A DNA stretch of 64,000 bases from Octopus sinensis (GCF_006345805.1 NC_043005.1:75888001-75952000), one strand, 5' to 3'; counted from the stretch's first letter, positions 12,410 through 26,469 are shown. Numbers and translations are program-made. The notes: generated by a model from the letters alone, not told the origin.

Positions 12410-12850
12410 AGTTTAAATACAAACCTTGACTTTGCAACACTCTAAATAAAAATTCCCTACTGGGAATGACCAAGTTTAAGAGAATCTTACATTGCTTATA
12501 AACTCTATATTTGGATGGACTCATATTAAACTCTGTTGGACTTTTGGATTTTACTCAAAAGATATTGGAATATTGCATGTATACCATTATACCTATAAAA
12601 CGGATTTACGAATTTAATACCCATACATATCTTACATCTATTTTCTTTCCTTCACCTCACTCTCTATTTGTATCACATCGAAACTAACTATGACTTAATT
12701 TTTCCTCTCACACCGTCTCTGATGAAAGGATATTATTAATTAATATCCTAGAAACAGCTGTAAGACCTTCTATCTATAAATGCTCTAATATCTATACAGC
12801 CTTGGTTTTTTATCTTATTACACAAAAAATTCTTATATGCACACGCTGAC
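12410..12850 (+). mobile_element. Penelope-like pLTR-type repeat (family P1) carrying a hammerhead
   Basis: Homologous over several hundred bp to the reverse complement of about 50165-50540; both contain the same hammerhead motif. Confidence 0.6.
12715..12766 (+). ncRNA. Minimal type I hammerhead ribozyme, intact core
   Basis: GTCT-CTGATGA-A-AGGATATTA-TTAAT-TAATATCCT-A-GAAA-CAGCTG-TA-AGAC: helix I GTCT/AGAC, 9-bp helix II, palindromic ACAGCTGT helix III, GUA cleavage triplet (predicted cut after 12762). Confidence 0.8.
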
Positions 12851-13674
12851 ATAGAACCAACGTTGAATCCTTTATTTGCAATATTACCGAATCTGGAACT
12901 AAACTATGGTCTGTCTATAGCACTTATTCAGCATTACCTGACACCTTTGGGTCTCAATGACACCATTATCTCTTATATATATATATATATATATATCACT
13001 TGACCTGTTACAAAATAATATCATAATTCTCTTCAAACCACATCTTATTGTTTGAAAAAAGGAAGGATATTGGATAATATAGTTTGTGATACATTCTAAA
13101 CAAATGGGGTGGCTATGATTGGATTGTCTTTGATCACCAAGTGTATTCAATTAGAACTGACTCTAGACTAAACAACAACAACAACTTAAATTGTGAAAGT
13201 ATGAAGATTGTAACACTCACATATTTCCAAAAGACACCTGTGCTTGTTCCTCTTTCAACACCTGTCATACAACTGCTCCTCTTCACCTGTCACTGCCAAA
13301 TACTTCTTATGATAGTGGGAGCTTTTTACTCTCTTTTCTTTTCTCCTTCTCTGTTCTTTTCTGTCTTGTGGGTAACATGGCAACCTCACTAGTGCTGGTT
13401 GCACCAAAAAAAAACCACCCAGTACACTCTGTATAGTGGTTGGTATTAGGAAGGGCATGAAACCATAGAATCCATGGTAAAGATATCAGTGGAGCTCAAC
13501 ACAGTCCTGCAGCTCACCAGTCTCCTGTTAAATCATCCAACCCATGCCTGCATGGAAAGCAGATGTTAAATGATGATGATGATGATGATGATGCTATTTA
13601 GTAAAATAACTGAAATACCAAGAACTGGAAATGAAATTTGGGTCACTGAGTCAATTTACTGAGAATTACCTGGT

Positions 13675-13863
13675 GTATCAGTGAGGTTAAGCAGCTCCCT
13701 TTGCAACCACATTGTTTCAGGTTCAGTCCCACCATGCAGCACCTTGGGTAAGTGTCTTTTATTATAGCCTTGGGCCGATAAATGCCTTGTGAGTGAATCT
13801 GGTAGATGGAAACTGTGTGAAAGCCTGTTGTACACATAATTATATATATGTGTGTGTGTGTGC

Positions 13864-13901
<38 letters not shown>

Positions 13902-14150
13902 TGGGGCCTTATGTGTTTGTGTCCTTGTGCCTCTGTTTGTGTCTTCCTCTCCACATACTTGATAACCTGTGCTGGTTTGTTTATGTCTCTCTAACTTAGC
14001 AATTTGGTAAAAAGAAATTGATAGAATAAGTACAAGACTTAAAAATTAAAAGCAAAATAATTGGGGCCAATCTGTTCAACTAAAGCCTTCCAGGCAGTGC
14101 TCTAGCTTGGCCACAGTTCACTGATTATGGCAGGTGAAAGATAAAAAATC
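13675..14150 (+). mobile_element. SINE family A (diverged)
   Basis: ggttcagtccc...gcaccttgggtaagtgtc head, internal TG array and family A 3' body. Confidence 0.7.
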
Positions 14151-14179
14151 TCAGTCTTATGATACCAAGTTTACTCAGT

Positions 14180-14546
14180 TCCTTTCGAGTGTCGGGTCTC
14201 TTGGAGGCAATGACTGAGACCATTGGCATATTGTCATGCTTGAGAAGAAGACCCATCAAGCTGAGCAAAATCACCATTGTGGCAGATAATGGTGTCACAT
14301 AAATGGCATCTGTGCCGGTGGCATATAAAAGTACCCATTACACTCATGGATTGGTTGGCATTAGGAAGGGCATCCAGCCAGAGAAAACCATGCTGAAATC
14401 AGATTGGAGTCTGGTGCATCCTTCTGGCTTGCCAGCCCTAGTTGAACCGTCCAACCCATGCCAGCATGGACAACGGACATTAAATGACGATGACGATGAT
14501 GACGACGACGACGATGACGACGATGATGATGATGATGATGATGATG
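14180..14546 (+). mobile_element. RTE-tail-related repeat family D
   Basis: Family D 3' consensus with a (GAC/GAT)n tail. Confidence 0.75.
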
Positions 14547-14879
14547 ATTTGTGGTTGCGTTTACTCATGGTTATTTTTTTTTTTAAATGTTTAGCACAGT
14601 CACACATGAAATGTCTATCACTGGATACCAGTTCTCCCATAAGAGCTAGCTGTTCCTCTCTGTTACCTTTTTGTATTATGGTCTATACAGACCGAAGTCG
14701 ATTCCACACCTCCTCCATCTAAAACATACTTATTTCTTATAATTTTCTATGTTCAATAATAATAACGTGTGTTGTGTCTTATGTCTCTACTTTGTTTCAT
14801 GAGACCATCATAAAACAATTTTACATTTTTTTTTGCATTAGATGCTTTCTCTAAAATATATTAGTGTTTACATGTATAT

Positions 14880-15237
14880 GCTTACATCTATACACATACA
14901 TACATACATACATACATATTCATCTATACATATATATATGTGTTTATATTATATATATATATATAAATAAATGCATTTATATATATATATAATATATATA
15001 TATATATATACACACACACATATATATGTCTATTTAAATATATATACATATATATATGCATATGAGGAGCTTCATATATATATATATAATATATAAATAT
15101 ATATATGTGTGTGTGTGTGTGGTGTGTGTGTATGTATATATATGTATATATATTATATATATATATTATATATATATTATATATATATGTATATATAAAT
15201 ATATATATGTATATATATTTATATATGTATATATAAA

Positions 15238-15296
<59 letters not shown>

Positions 15297-15327
15297 TATA
15301 TATGTCTATTTAAATATATATACATAT

Positions 15328-15372
<45 letters not shown>

Positions 15373-15585
15373 AAATATTTATATATATATATATGTATGT
15401 ATAAAGCTCTGCATATGCATTGTCTTTTGCATTACATGCTTCCTACACCTATTTAAATAGAGTCTTATGTATATTTAATGTGTTTTAAAATTTGTATATT
15501 TGTTCTTGTTAGTTTTTTCTTTTTAAAATACACTTACATATAAGTACCTGCCTATATGCATTTTGTCCGCTTGTGTTTCTCTGAG

Positions 15586-15655
<70 letters not shown>

Positions 15656-15962
15656 ATGAGTGTATGGATATATGTATATATATATATATACATGTGTGTA
15701 TATATGTATATATGTACACAGACACATAGATGCATGCATGTATATGTATGCATGTATATATGTATATATATGTGTAAGTGTGTGTGCATTTGTGTATATA
15801 TGTACGTATGTATGTATGTGTATACATGTATGCATATAAAAATGTGCATACTTATATATATATATATGTGCATGTGTGTGTTTGTATATATACTTACGTA
15901 TATACATACACACATATATATCTATACATACATACTTACATATATACAGACACACACACACA
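14880..15962. repeat. Compound TA/TG/TATG low-complexity tract
   Basis: Source of the many YI/CV/HT ORFs; includes an internal duplicated block (about 14925-15060 and 15190-15330). Confidence 0.95.
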
Positions 15963-16485
15963 AATAACTGAGATTCTATTTATATTAGTATTTGTATACT
16001 ACCAGGGTTTACAGATTTATTATTCATATATTGTTATGGCTGTACTTACATATTAGTTCAGATACTTTCGGCAGTTTCTATGACTATTTCTTGCAGTATT
16101 TCTTGTAGATATGTCTTTACATCTCCTATTTCTCATATTTATTCATGTCTATACATTTATAGCCTGTCTTTTAGTTATAAGCACTACATTACCATAAATA
16201 TTCTGCAGTCTACTGTTTAGGAAAGTGACAAATGTTTGTGCATTTCTGTTCTCTAAAACTCTGAGTGCATCTATATATTTATGTATATATATATACACAC
16301 AATATATGTATATATATACACATACACACACATACATACACACACACATTATATATGTAACATACATGCATACATCTATGTATGTGTGTGTATGCATATA
16401 TATATGTATGTATATATGTATGCAGTTATATATTTATGTATACATATATACATACACATATATGTGTTGTATGTATATATATTAT

Positions 16486-16534
<49 letters not shown>

Positions 16535-16664
16535 TATATATATATATATAATATATATATATACATATTATATATATATATACTTATATATATGTACTAC
16601 ACTTTGATCGTAGAGAAAAGGCTGAGAAGTATATATATATATAGGTGAGAAAGTGGTGTGTGTG

Positions 16665-16695
<31 letters not shown>

Positions 16696-16754
16696 ATACG
16701 TTAAACGATGATGATGATGATGATGATGATGATGTGTATATATATATATAAACG

Positions 16755-16950
16755 TGACCTCGTGTGTACGTTGGCGTTTTTTTTTCCTCTGTCTTATCTG
16801 GATCTTTCCTTCTCCTATGCTTCCGATGAAGAGCTCCGCTCCGAAACGTTAAACCCTCCTTCTTCCCTTATTCCTGAGTGTCAAAATACTATATTTGTTT
16901 CATGTCCTCACGTTGTTGTGTTTTTTTGTGTTTTCTTGTTTGATTGACTA
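16755..16950 (+). mobile_element. About 200-bp hammerhead-bearing short repeat (family P2)
   Basis: Starts gtgacctcgtgtgta; homologous to 27015-27190 and 58245-58450; flanked by (TA)n. Confidence 0.65.
16819..16854 (+). ncRNA. Minimal hammerhead motif (family P2, mutated)
   Basis: GCTT-CCGATGA-A-GAGC-TCC-GCTC-C-GAAA-CGTT-AAAC; U4 changed to C and one extra C before GAAA. Confidence 0.6.
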
Positions 16951-17002
16951 TATAATATATATAATATATATCATCCATCCTCTCCTCCTCCTCCTCCTCA
17001 CC

Positions 17003-17036
<34 letters not shown>

Positions 17037-17389
17037 ATATCATCATCATCATCATTGCCATAGTCATCATTGTTTTACATCTGCTTTCCTTGCAAGTATC
17101 TAGGTTGGTTAGCAATAGCACCTGTCAGTTCTTTTTGGGATTTTGCTCTCCGAGTCAAGTTGGGTACCTACAGCTCACTCATACATCCCTTTTTTGGCCT
17201 GGTCACTATGGCTGGATGCCCTTCCTAAAAACCAACTCATTCACAATGTATCCTGGGAACATTTTATCATGCCCCCAAAACTAGAGCAGTTAGTACAAGA
17301 TTAAAGAGTACATTTGACCTTATGTTATCTCTGTTCATTCCACAAAATACTTAATAGAATGTTCCGCATACATTCTATCATGGCAGAGG

Positions 17390-17700
17390 CATTCATGCCT
17401 TTATTCTTCATTTCAGTACCATTGCAATCTTTTTTCTTGTACACTACATCTGATTCCCCTCGTCTTCAGTTTCTTTCTCTGATATTCAGGCATAGGAACA
17501 TTGCAACATATTTCTTTCTAGTCCTTGCAAATTCTTTGTCTTCAAGCACTATACCTCACTACCATGCAGTATCTCATTCCATACACAACCATCAAGCAGT
17601 CTGCCTTCCAGTCTGTGTGTAAAGCCATTTGTTGCTGGCCGAAATAGCAATTTCTTGAATGTCTTCCAACCTGTTCTTACACAGAATGCTATGCTTTCAG
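17390..17700 (-). pseudogene. Decayed RTE-clade LINE RT C-terminal fragment
   Basis: Minus-strand translation GRLLDGCVWNEILHGSE...GIRCSVQEKRLQWY parallels the RTE fragment at 46100-46580; several stops. Confidence 0.6.
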
Positions 17701-17802
17701 ATAACCTACATCCTTGTTTATTAATTTCCCTGGGGAACTGAAGCTATTGATAGTCCAAAGGACCTGCCCAGACATTTGAGAAAGTATATATATATTATAA
17801 TA

Positions 17803-17843
<41 letters not shown>

Positions 17844-18119
17844 ATATAATATATTATTATATTTAAAGGGTTGTATGATTGTGTATAGAGGGATATATAT
17901 TATTCAAAGGAATTCAACTCTGTCTGTTTTTTATGTTTTATTTATATTCTTTATAATATTAATGTAGAATATAGAATATATAGTATAAATAGTATATATA
18001 GTAAAATGAAATGAAATATTGATTGTCTTATTGAATAGATGAAATATTGAATATCAAATATTAAGGGACTAGTATACTTTCTTGCATTTAAGCAGTCTTC
18101 AAAGTCCCAGAATATATAT

Positions 18120-18522
18120 ATTCTCTTTTACTCTTTTACTTGTTTCAGTCATTTGACTGTGGCCATGCTGGAGCACCACCTTTCGTCGAGCAAATCGACC
18201 ACAGGACTTATTCTTTGTAAGCCTAGTACTTATTCTATCGATCTCTTTTGTCGAACCACTAATTTAAGGGGACATAAACACACCTGCATTGGTTGTCAAG
18301 CGATGTTCGGGGGAGACAAACATATTCACACATGTACATATATATATATATACATATATATATGATGGGCTTCTTTCAGTTTCCGTCTACCAAATCCACT
18401 CATAAGGCTTTGATTGGCCCAAGCCTATAGTAGAAGACACTTGCCCAAGTTGCCATGCAGTGGGACTGAACCCGGAACCATGTGGTTGGTAAGCAAGCTA
18501 CTTACCACACAACCACTCCTAC
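18120..18522 (-). mobile_element. SINE family A
   Basis: Near full-length reverse complement of 62765-63157. Confidence 0.85.
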
Positions 18523-18525
18523 ACC

Positions 18526-18563
<38 letters not shown>

Positions 18564-18814
18564 TATATACACACATACATGTACATGCCTACATATATCT
18601 ATACATACATTTATGGGTACAGGACATCCAAAAAAACATTAACAAAATGAGAAACGAGAACATAAAAAATAAAAGCATGGAAAATAAACTTTTTTTTCGA
18701 ACAACCAAAGAAACAAATAGAGAAAAGAGACAGGCAACATAAAGAACATTTCCTTCATCAGTTGTCCCCTGTTTTATCTACTCCATGTTTTGATATATGT
18801 ATATATGTGTAACC

Positions 18815-19350
18815 AGCCCACTTATGTGTACATTTCTTTCTTTGGACACTAAATTCTGCTTGCGAAGACCTGTTGAGGCATGTGAAATTGAAATCAAATC
18901 AAATTCGTAAATTCAATGACTGGCACCCGTACTAGTGGATCGCTAAGAGCATGATCGCTGCTAGTGCAGCTGACTGGCTTCCATGCTGGTGGCACATAAA
19001 AAGCACCATTAAAACAGGATCATTACCAGTGTCGCCTTACTGGCATGTGAAAAACATTCGAGCGAGGTCGTTGTCAGTGCTGCTGGACTGGCTCCTGTTC
19101 AGATGGCATGTAAAAAACACCACTTGAGCATGGCTGTTGCCAGTACCATCTGAGTGGCCCTCGTGCTGGTGGCACGTAAAAGTACCCACTACACTCTCGG
19201 AGTGGTTGGCATTAGGAAGGGCATCCAGCTGTAGAAACTCTGCCAGATCAGACTGGTGCCTGGTGCAGCCATCTGGTTCGCCAGCCCTCAGTCAAATCGT
19301 CCAACCCTTGCTAGCATGGAGAGTGGACATTAAACGATGATGATGATATA
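18815..19350 (+). mobile_element. RTE-tail-related repeat family D, long form
   Basis: Homologous to 4350-4995; (GAT)n tail. Confidence 0.8.
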
Positions 19351-19939
19351 TATATATATTATACATTCATAATTATGTATGATTTTTTTGCATGCATATA
19401 AACAAAAATATTAACTAAATTAAGATCTAAAGTAAGCAAAGATAAATTTCTGTTTCTTAAAAGTAACAATGGCTTCATCATTTCTCCAATTCTGACTTAT
19501 TGAACTCACTTGGAAGAAGAGATATTCTTTTCTACTCTAGGCACAAGACTTGAAATTATGGGTGAGGGGCCCAGTCAATTAGATTGTCCCCAGTACACAC
19601 CTGGTACTTAATTTATTGACCCCAAAAGGATGAACAGCAAAGTCGACTTCAGTGGAATTTGAACTCACAACGCCCAGCTTGCTAACATTTCTGTCAGCTC
19701 GCCCCCTTATAGAAGAAAAGATATTAAAATATGTGTATATGTAAACATGTTTTTGAGTATAAAATGTGACAAATAGAGTTTTAATGACTGCTGTAGAATT
19801 ATAATTCAAAAATTTTAAATATTTCCCAGAATCATTGTAATGGGCTTGTGTTTGATATATGGATTTTCAAATACATTTGTTTATTTTCTTTTTTTTTTCC
19901 CCCATTTACATTAATCTATTTTTCATCAACAATTTCAAC

Positions 19940-21140
19940 TAAACCATCAATAATATATTTTCCTTCACTCTTCACGACTTTTTGCCAATGTTCCACTAGC
20001 TTGTCAATATCCTGGTGATTGAAATCATTGGGTTTTCTCTCAAAGGATTTATTGAGCCAGGTTTTTTAACTCTAAATGTCTTGCAGTCTGTTGAAGGTCA
20101 ACCAAAGAACAAAAAAAAGGTGATGATCTGAAGGTACTTTTATCAGAATGCAGTTCTATTCAAGAGCTCCTAACTGAGCTCTTGAATAGTTTTTTTTGGT
20201 CGAATTAGTGACCTCTGGGTGAGTGTTGTCATGTTGAGAAATCATGTGTTGCAGATTGGGTTGTTTCAGATGGATTACCCATTTGAGCTGATGCATTTGC
20301 TAAAAGTAAACTTTGCATTGACATCAGGTTTGATTTCAAGCTTTTCATAGTGCATTCACCCTTGCCAGTCCCACCAAATGCAAATCATTGTTTTTTATGG
20401 ATGCAGTTCTGGCTTGGCTCGAGGTGATGTTTGTTGGGGCTCAACTATTCTTTTTTCTGTTTCATATTAACAGAAGGACACCATTTTTCATTACTGGTCT
20501 TGACGTGATAGAAAAATCTCTGTTTGTGTCCACAAGTAGCCTGGAGTTGAGTTAGACAACTGGTGCCAGTAGAGGAGTGCCAAAATTTGTCTCTTTCATT
20601 CAGAGTGAGTGGCACTCTTTGCACTAATTTTTTGGACCTCACTCATTGAGTGAAGGTAATGGCTACTAGTATTATGCAACCATAAGGTGGCGAGCTGGCA
20701 GAAACATTAGCATGCCAGGTGAAATGCGTAGCTATATTTCATCTGCTGTTACGTTCTGAGTTCAAATTCCGCCGAGGTCGACTTAGCTTTTCATCCTTTT
20801 GGGGTCGATGAAATAAGTACCAGTTACACACTGAGGTCGATATAATCGACTTAATCCATTTGTCTGTTCTTGTTTGTCCTCTCTGTGTTTAGCTCCTTGT
20901 GGGTAGTAAAGAAATAGGTATTATGAGACCATCCCATCTGCTGGACTAATTCCCAAATGGATTGGTGTGGATCCTAATGAATGTACTTCTTCAATTGATC
21001 TTTGTTGAATTGAAAAAGCTGACCAGAATGTAGAGAGTCTTTGAGGTCAAATTTCCCCTCCTTGAAGCATGAAAACCATTTCTGCACAATTCTTTCAGTT
21101 ACAGCACCTTCTCTGTACATAGCACAAATGTCTCAAGTGG
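19940..21140 (-). mobile_element. Decayed mariner transposase, interrupted by a SINE B
   Basis: Minus-strand peptides DICAMYREGAVTERIVQKWFSCFKEGKFDLKD (N-terminal HTH region), HDNTH, and DKLVEHWQKVVKSEGKYIID (C-terminus); many frameshifts. Confidence 0.75.
20684..20920 (+). mobile_element. SINE family B, full length
   Basis: aaggtggcgagctggcagaaac head, gagttcaaattcc box B-like motif, gtcgac...cctttcggggtcgat body, gtaaagaaataggtatt end; inserted in the mariner. Confidence 0.85.
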
Positions 21141-21807
21141 CTTTAGACTTTTGGTTGTAAGCATATGTCAAGGATGGTTTTTTTTTTTTTTTTGGTTGTA
21201 ACTTAGCACTCCATCATCATATGTACGAAAAGAGGTAAAATTAATTCAAACTTCAAAACCGATAAACAAAAGCTGGAGAGGAAGAACAGAACTACAGGAA
21301 AATAAAACCCCCATTAAAATACTATGATAAAAATATTTTTCATGTTAATTTAAATAACGCTGGAAAGAAACAAATAAATTTATCTGACAACTTAGTTAAA
21401 GTGACTAGAACTAATGAGATAAGAACATATAAAGAGTAATAGCTGGGTAATCGTGTGTATATATGTTAAATATATAAATGATAACTATTATAACAGTTTA
21501 TGAAGCTATGAAGCAAAATCTCTGAAATTAGATATTACTGTATACATTAATAATAGATTTTATTAATGATTATTGATAAAAATGGTATTACAAGGTTAAT
21601 GCAGGACTATTTTAACATATCTAAAATAGCCTTTTTTTCAAAAATGTTTGAATTAATATGATTTTTGTGTTAAATATGTAAAAATTCAGTGTTATTATTC
21701 AAATGAAAAATCAGCAGATTTATAAAGGATATCTATAATGTTTATATTTTATCAACTATTTCATTTAAAGGAAATGTATAAGTTAGTCATCATTGTTATT
21801 ATTATCA

Positions 21808-22025
21808 TTAAGGTAGTGGGCTGGGAGAATCGTTAGCATATTCGATAAAATGCTAAGTGGCATGTTGTCAATCTTTACATTGTGAGTTCAAATTCTGCTG
21901 AGATTGACTTTGTTTTTATCCTTTTGGGGTCAATAAAATAAGTACCAGTTGACTACTGGGGTCTATGTAATTGACTTACTTCAGCCCCTGAAACTGCTGG
22001 TCTTGTGCCAAAATTTGAAACCATT
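21808..22025 (+). mobile_element. SINE family B (diverged)
   Basis: Same head, box B and taagtaccagtt motifs. Confidence 0.7.
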
Positions 22026-22261
22026 ATTATCATCATCATCGTTTTAATGTCCAGAATTTGTTGAGGAAGATTTACTGTGGCTGGATGCCCTTCCTGTCAC
22101 CAACCCTCCCTTGTTTCCATATAAGGTAATATTTCTCCATGACATGAGACGTTTTGGGGGAAGATTGAAGTGAATGGCACTGCTTATTTACAACTATCAC
22201 ATGGTATCAAGACAAGGAGGCACACACACACACACACGCACACGCACACATGCACACACAT

Positions 22262-22308
<47 letters not shown>

Positions 22309-22711
22309 TTTTCAGTTTTAGCCCACGACATCCACTGACAAGGCTTGATTCAGTCTGGTGCTGTAGAAGATACTTGTCCTAAGCGGCATGCTCTGGGACT
22401 GAACTTGAAACCACATGGTTGAGGAGCAAACTTTTAAAGCTCAAAGCCATGCTTGCACCCATTCCATGCATTGCCTGAGCCTGTATCGATGTTTGCCCCT
22501 AATTTGTACCAATATTAATTGTACATTCAATCTATGTCACATAACATTGAAAAAACTTGTTAATTGTGAAAGGAATAAAGATGACAGAACACAACCAGGA
22601 GTCTCTACATAGCCACTTAATAACATGGTCCTGGACTTCTTAAGCAGAGGAATAAGGTGAGATGGTCATGGCTGGAGTGCTTTTGATCATAGGTCTGCTC
22701 ATTCAGAAATG

Positions 22712-23080
22712 AGTTAGTGGGCTGTGTGGTAAGAAGTCTGCTTCCTAACCACATGGTTCCTGGTTCAGTTCTACTGTGTGGCACCTTGGGCAAGTGTAAA
22801 CCAAAGCCTTGTGAGTGGATTTGGTAGATGGAAACTGAAAGAAGCCTATTGTATACATAAGTGTGTGTGTGTGTGTGTTTGTCGCCTATCACTGCTTGAC
22901 AACCGGTTTTGGTGTGTTTATATCCCTGTGACCTAACAGTTCAGCATAAGAGACTAATAGAATAAGTATCAGGTTTAAAAAATCAGTTGGGGTTGATTCG
23001 TTCAACTAAAATTCTTCAAAGTGGTGCCCCAGCATGGCCGCAGTCTAATAACTGAAACAAGTAAAAGATAAAGAATAAGA
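22712..23080 (+). mobile_element. SINE family A
   Basis: gtgggctgtgtggtaagaag head through gaaacaagtaaaagata tail. Confidence 0.8.
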
Positions 23081-23534
23081 GATCTTAGAAATTCTTGACT
23101 AAATGTAAATAAGATATATAAAATTACAAATGTAAGTATGAATAAAAGTATAAATAAAAAAGTAAAAATAAAGCTAAATAAAATAGATATAAGATATAAG
23201 TTTTGAAAAATAAATATAAATATAAATAAATAAAATAAGATGTAATGAGATTTGTATGTTGAATCGACTTGGAATTTTAGAAGAACAATTTATCTATTTA
23301 ATCAATTAAATTATACTATAATGTATATACGTGTTCACACAGACACAGACACACACACACACACACACATGTACGCAACTTTAGAATGTGAGAAATTTAA
23401 AAGATAAGATTTAAGCAATTTTGTGATTTCACAGTGATGAAAAACTCATTGATATAAAAATTATACCTTACACTGATTGCTGTCTAATTCAATCACTGCT
23501 CTTTATTAAAAACCTTAAATAGCAATAATGTATT

Positions 23535-23540
23535 TAATAG

Positions 23541-23623
<83 letters not shown>

Positions 23624-23718
23624 GAAGTGAAAGCACGCTATCAAAATAAAACTACTGAATAATGATAATAATAATGATAATGATGATGATGATGATAATA
23701 ATAAAAGTAATAATGATG

Positions 23719-23780
<62 letters not shown>
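23535..23780. repeat. (AAT)n microsatellite
   Basis: Long AAT/GAT trinucleotide array. Confidence 0.95.
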
Positions 23781-24222
23781 GAAATGTAAAAGATAATGAA
23801 ATGCAATAGAAATATATATATATATATAGTATGGAAAGTATGTGATGACGTGAATGGTGCAATTCTCCTGATACAGAAATGATTCCAGCTAAGACCAATC
23901 AAGGAACCCCATAGATCCAGGATTATCCTGACCACCAAAGGTATGAGCCCTCTCTCCTGTCTCCAATCATTTTTGCCACAGTCACCCAAGTTTTCTCAAA
24001 TTCACTGGGAGGTAACACTTCCCTCTCCACTCTCACTTTCTTTTCCAAGTGGAACTTAAAAATGTCAACGAGATCCTGACCAAAGAGGAAGGCTTCTAAT
24101 CCTTTCTACTATAGGAAGAAGGCCTGAAATTTTAGAGAAAGGGACTAGTGGATTATATCAACTGTTGCTTATTTTATTGACCCTGAAAGAATAAAGAGCA
24201 AAGTGAACATTGATGGAATAAG

Positions 24223-24626
24223 TGTCTAATAATTGACATGGCAGTGCCAGGAGATCAACATATCATCATGAGAGAATGAGAAAAGGTTAATAAATATGGA
24301 GACCTGAGAATTGAGATTGCTAAGATGTGGCAGCTATGAGAGTCAAATATAAAGGTTATCCCTATTATCATCGGAACCTTGGGTTCAATACCACCCTATC
24401 TGAAAAAAAACATCTGAAAACTTTAGAAATACCCTACAATCTAGGCGTATTGCATAAGTCAAAAGTTGGTATTACTTGGAACTGCACGCATATTGTGTAA
24501 AGTACAGTCTGTCTGAGGTCTTTGTTGTGACTTGACAAATGGTACAAAACCCTGGTAGACACAATATCTTCAATCAACAACCTCATGATATTGTATACTG
24601 TGTGAAGTCCATAATAATAATAATAG
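24223..24626 (+). pseudogene. R4/Dong-like non-LTR retrotransposon 3' fragment (restriction-like endonuclease)
   Basis: CLIIDMAVPGDQHIIMRE*EKVNKYGDLRIEIAKMWQL*ESNIKVIPIIIGTLGSIP, homologous to the C-terminus of ORF 35079-35672; ends in (AAT)n. Confidence 0.75.
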
Positions 24627-25281
24627 CTAGCTGGATCCGTGAAATATTCACGGAAAACTTTAAAAATGTAAGTGTACTGGTGCCATGAGAAATATTTGCA
24701 TATTATGACTCTGTTCTGAGTTCAAATTCCTCCAAGATTGACTTTACCTTTTGTCCTTTTGGGGTTGATAAATTAAGTACCAGTTGTGTACTGAGGTTGA
24801 TCTCATCAACTGGCCCCCTTCCCACAAAAATTTCAGGTCTAGAAAAGTATATTGTAACAGTTACAGAATATAGAAAGTAATGTAACACCAATGATTATAT
24901 AATCCAACCAAAATATCTCAGTTACACAAACGTAAACAGAATTAATATTTAACCTTAAAATACATTGTACATATTCAAAGAACCTTTTTGGTTTAGTGGT
25001 ATGGAACGTTTCCCTGGTATTCTTTTATTCTTTTACTTGTTTCAGTCATTTGACGGTGGCCATGCTGGAGCACCACCCTTTGGTCAAAGAAACTGACCCC
25101 TGGACTTATTCCCTGTAAGCCTGGTGCTTATTCTAGCAGTCTCTTCTGCTGAACAGCTAAATTACAGAGATGCAAACGTACCAACATAGGTTGTCAAGAA
25201 ATGGTGGTGGTGGGACAAACACAGACACAAATGCACACACTCACACACACATACATACACATATACATATACATACATACG

Positions 25282-25329
<48 letters not shown>

Positions 25330-25494
25330 GCTTGGAGGTAGTGGTGATGTTGGCTGATGAAATTATGACAACTTACTGATTGACCTATACTATATATATA
25401 TATATATATATATATAAATTCCTCTATTTTTATAATATTGAGGTTTCGTTCTTTTATTGTCATTTTATTATTAATTAATATATATATATGAGTA

Positions 25495-25680
25495 GGACTT
25501 CCTGGAAAAGTCCAAGGAGGGGGAGGAATGGGAGGAGGAGATGAAGTACTTCCTGGAAAAGTCCAAGGAGGAAGGACTTCTTAGAAAAGTCCGAGAGAGT
25601 GTGAGTGGGAATTCCTGGAAAAGTCCAAAGAGTGAGAGGAAGTGGAGGAGGAGAGGAAGAACTTCCTGGAAAAGTCTGAG
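25495..25680. repeat. Purine-rich minisatellite with five TTC-N3-GAA motifs
   Basis: TTCCTGGAA at 25499, 25550, 25612 and 25663 and TTCTTAGAA at 25578, each followed by AAGTC. Confidence 0.8.
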
Positions 25681-26407
25681 GAAGGGAGCAATGCCTCAAT
25701 AATTTCTTTGTCCAACCTATGCTTGCGTGGAATAATGGATATGAAAAATAACTGAGTGAACTACACACACACACATACACACACACACACATGCGCGTGC
25801 ACATGCATATATTCACCCTTTAAGTTTGTTTATGGGGAAACATTTTTGAGTGTGCTCATAAAAAGCTCCTAAGCTATTTATTCTGGCTACTGTTTATTAT
25901 TCCCATCTTCCAGAGTAATTTTATGGGATAGTTATTAGTCTGGTGCCACTATAGCATAGGATAAATACAGTAATAACAAGAACTTTTACATGGAAATTCT
26001 TGAATCCTTTAATTCATTGCTACATACATTTCCACAAAGTAAATCTATTTTGTTACTGCATTCTCCATCCATAAGGCATTACAAAATATGATTTGCAGTA
26101 TCCATGGATTTTAAGGGGAACCATTATTACATGTGTTCGTTTCTTCAGGCAAAAATTGCATTCATGTTCTGGTTGTATCAAATGTTTAGCTAAGGGATAT
26201 TTACCAATTTACATCAATCAGAAGTTTCTGTGACGTTTAAGGGCTGTTCCTGTGAATATTTTGGCTTATAACACAGATAGATATACAAAAACAATACAAG
26301 AAGGAGGATATAGGTAGCGTTTTACTTTGTAATTAGATTTGTGCAACTAGGCATGTGCGGATAGGAACAAGAAAAGTGAGAAAATAAATAATATATATAT
26401 GAATGCA

Positions 26408-26469
<62 letters not shown>

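Noticed and set aside
18735-18790. Minus-strand CTGATGA followed by a weak stem (a similar case lies near 41070-41110)
   Set aside because: No GAAA after helix II, so it cannot be called a hammerhead; possibly a relic.
21207-21234. 28-nt micro-exon candidate; similar candidates at 28795-28830 and 34799-34825
   Set aside because: Splice-like signals are frequent in AT-rich DNA, and these are not required by the exon chain; cannot be supported without RNA data.
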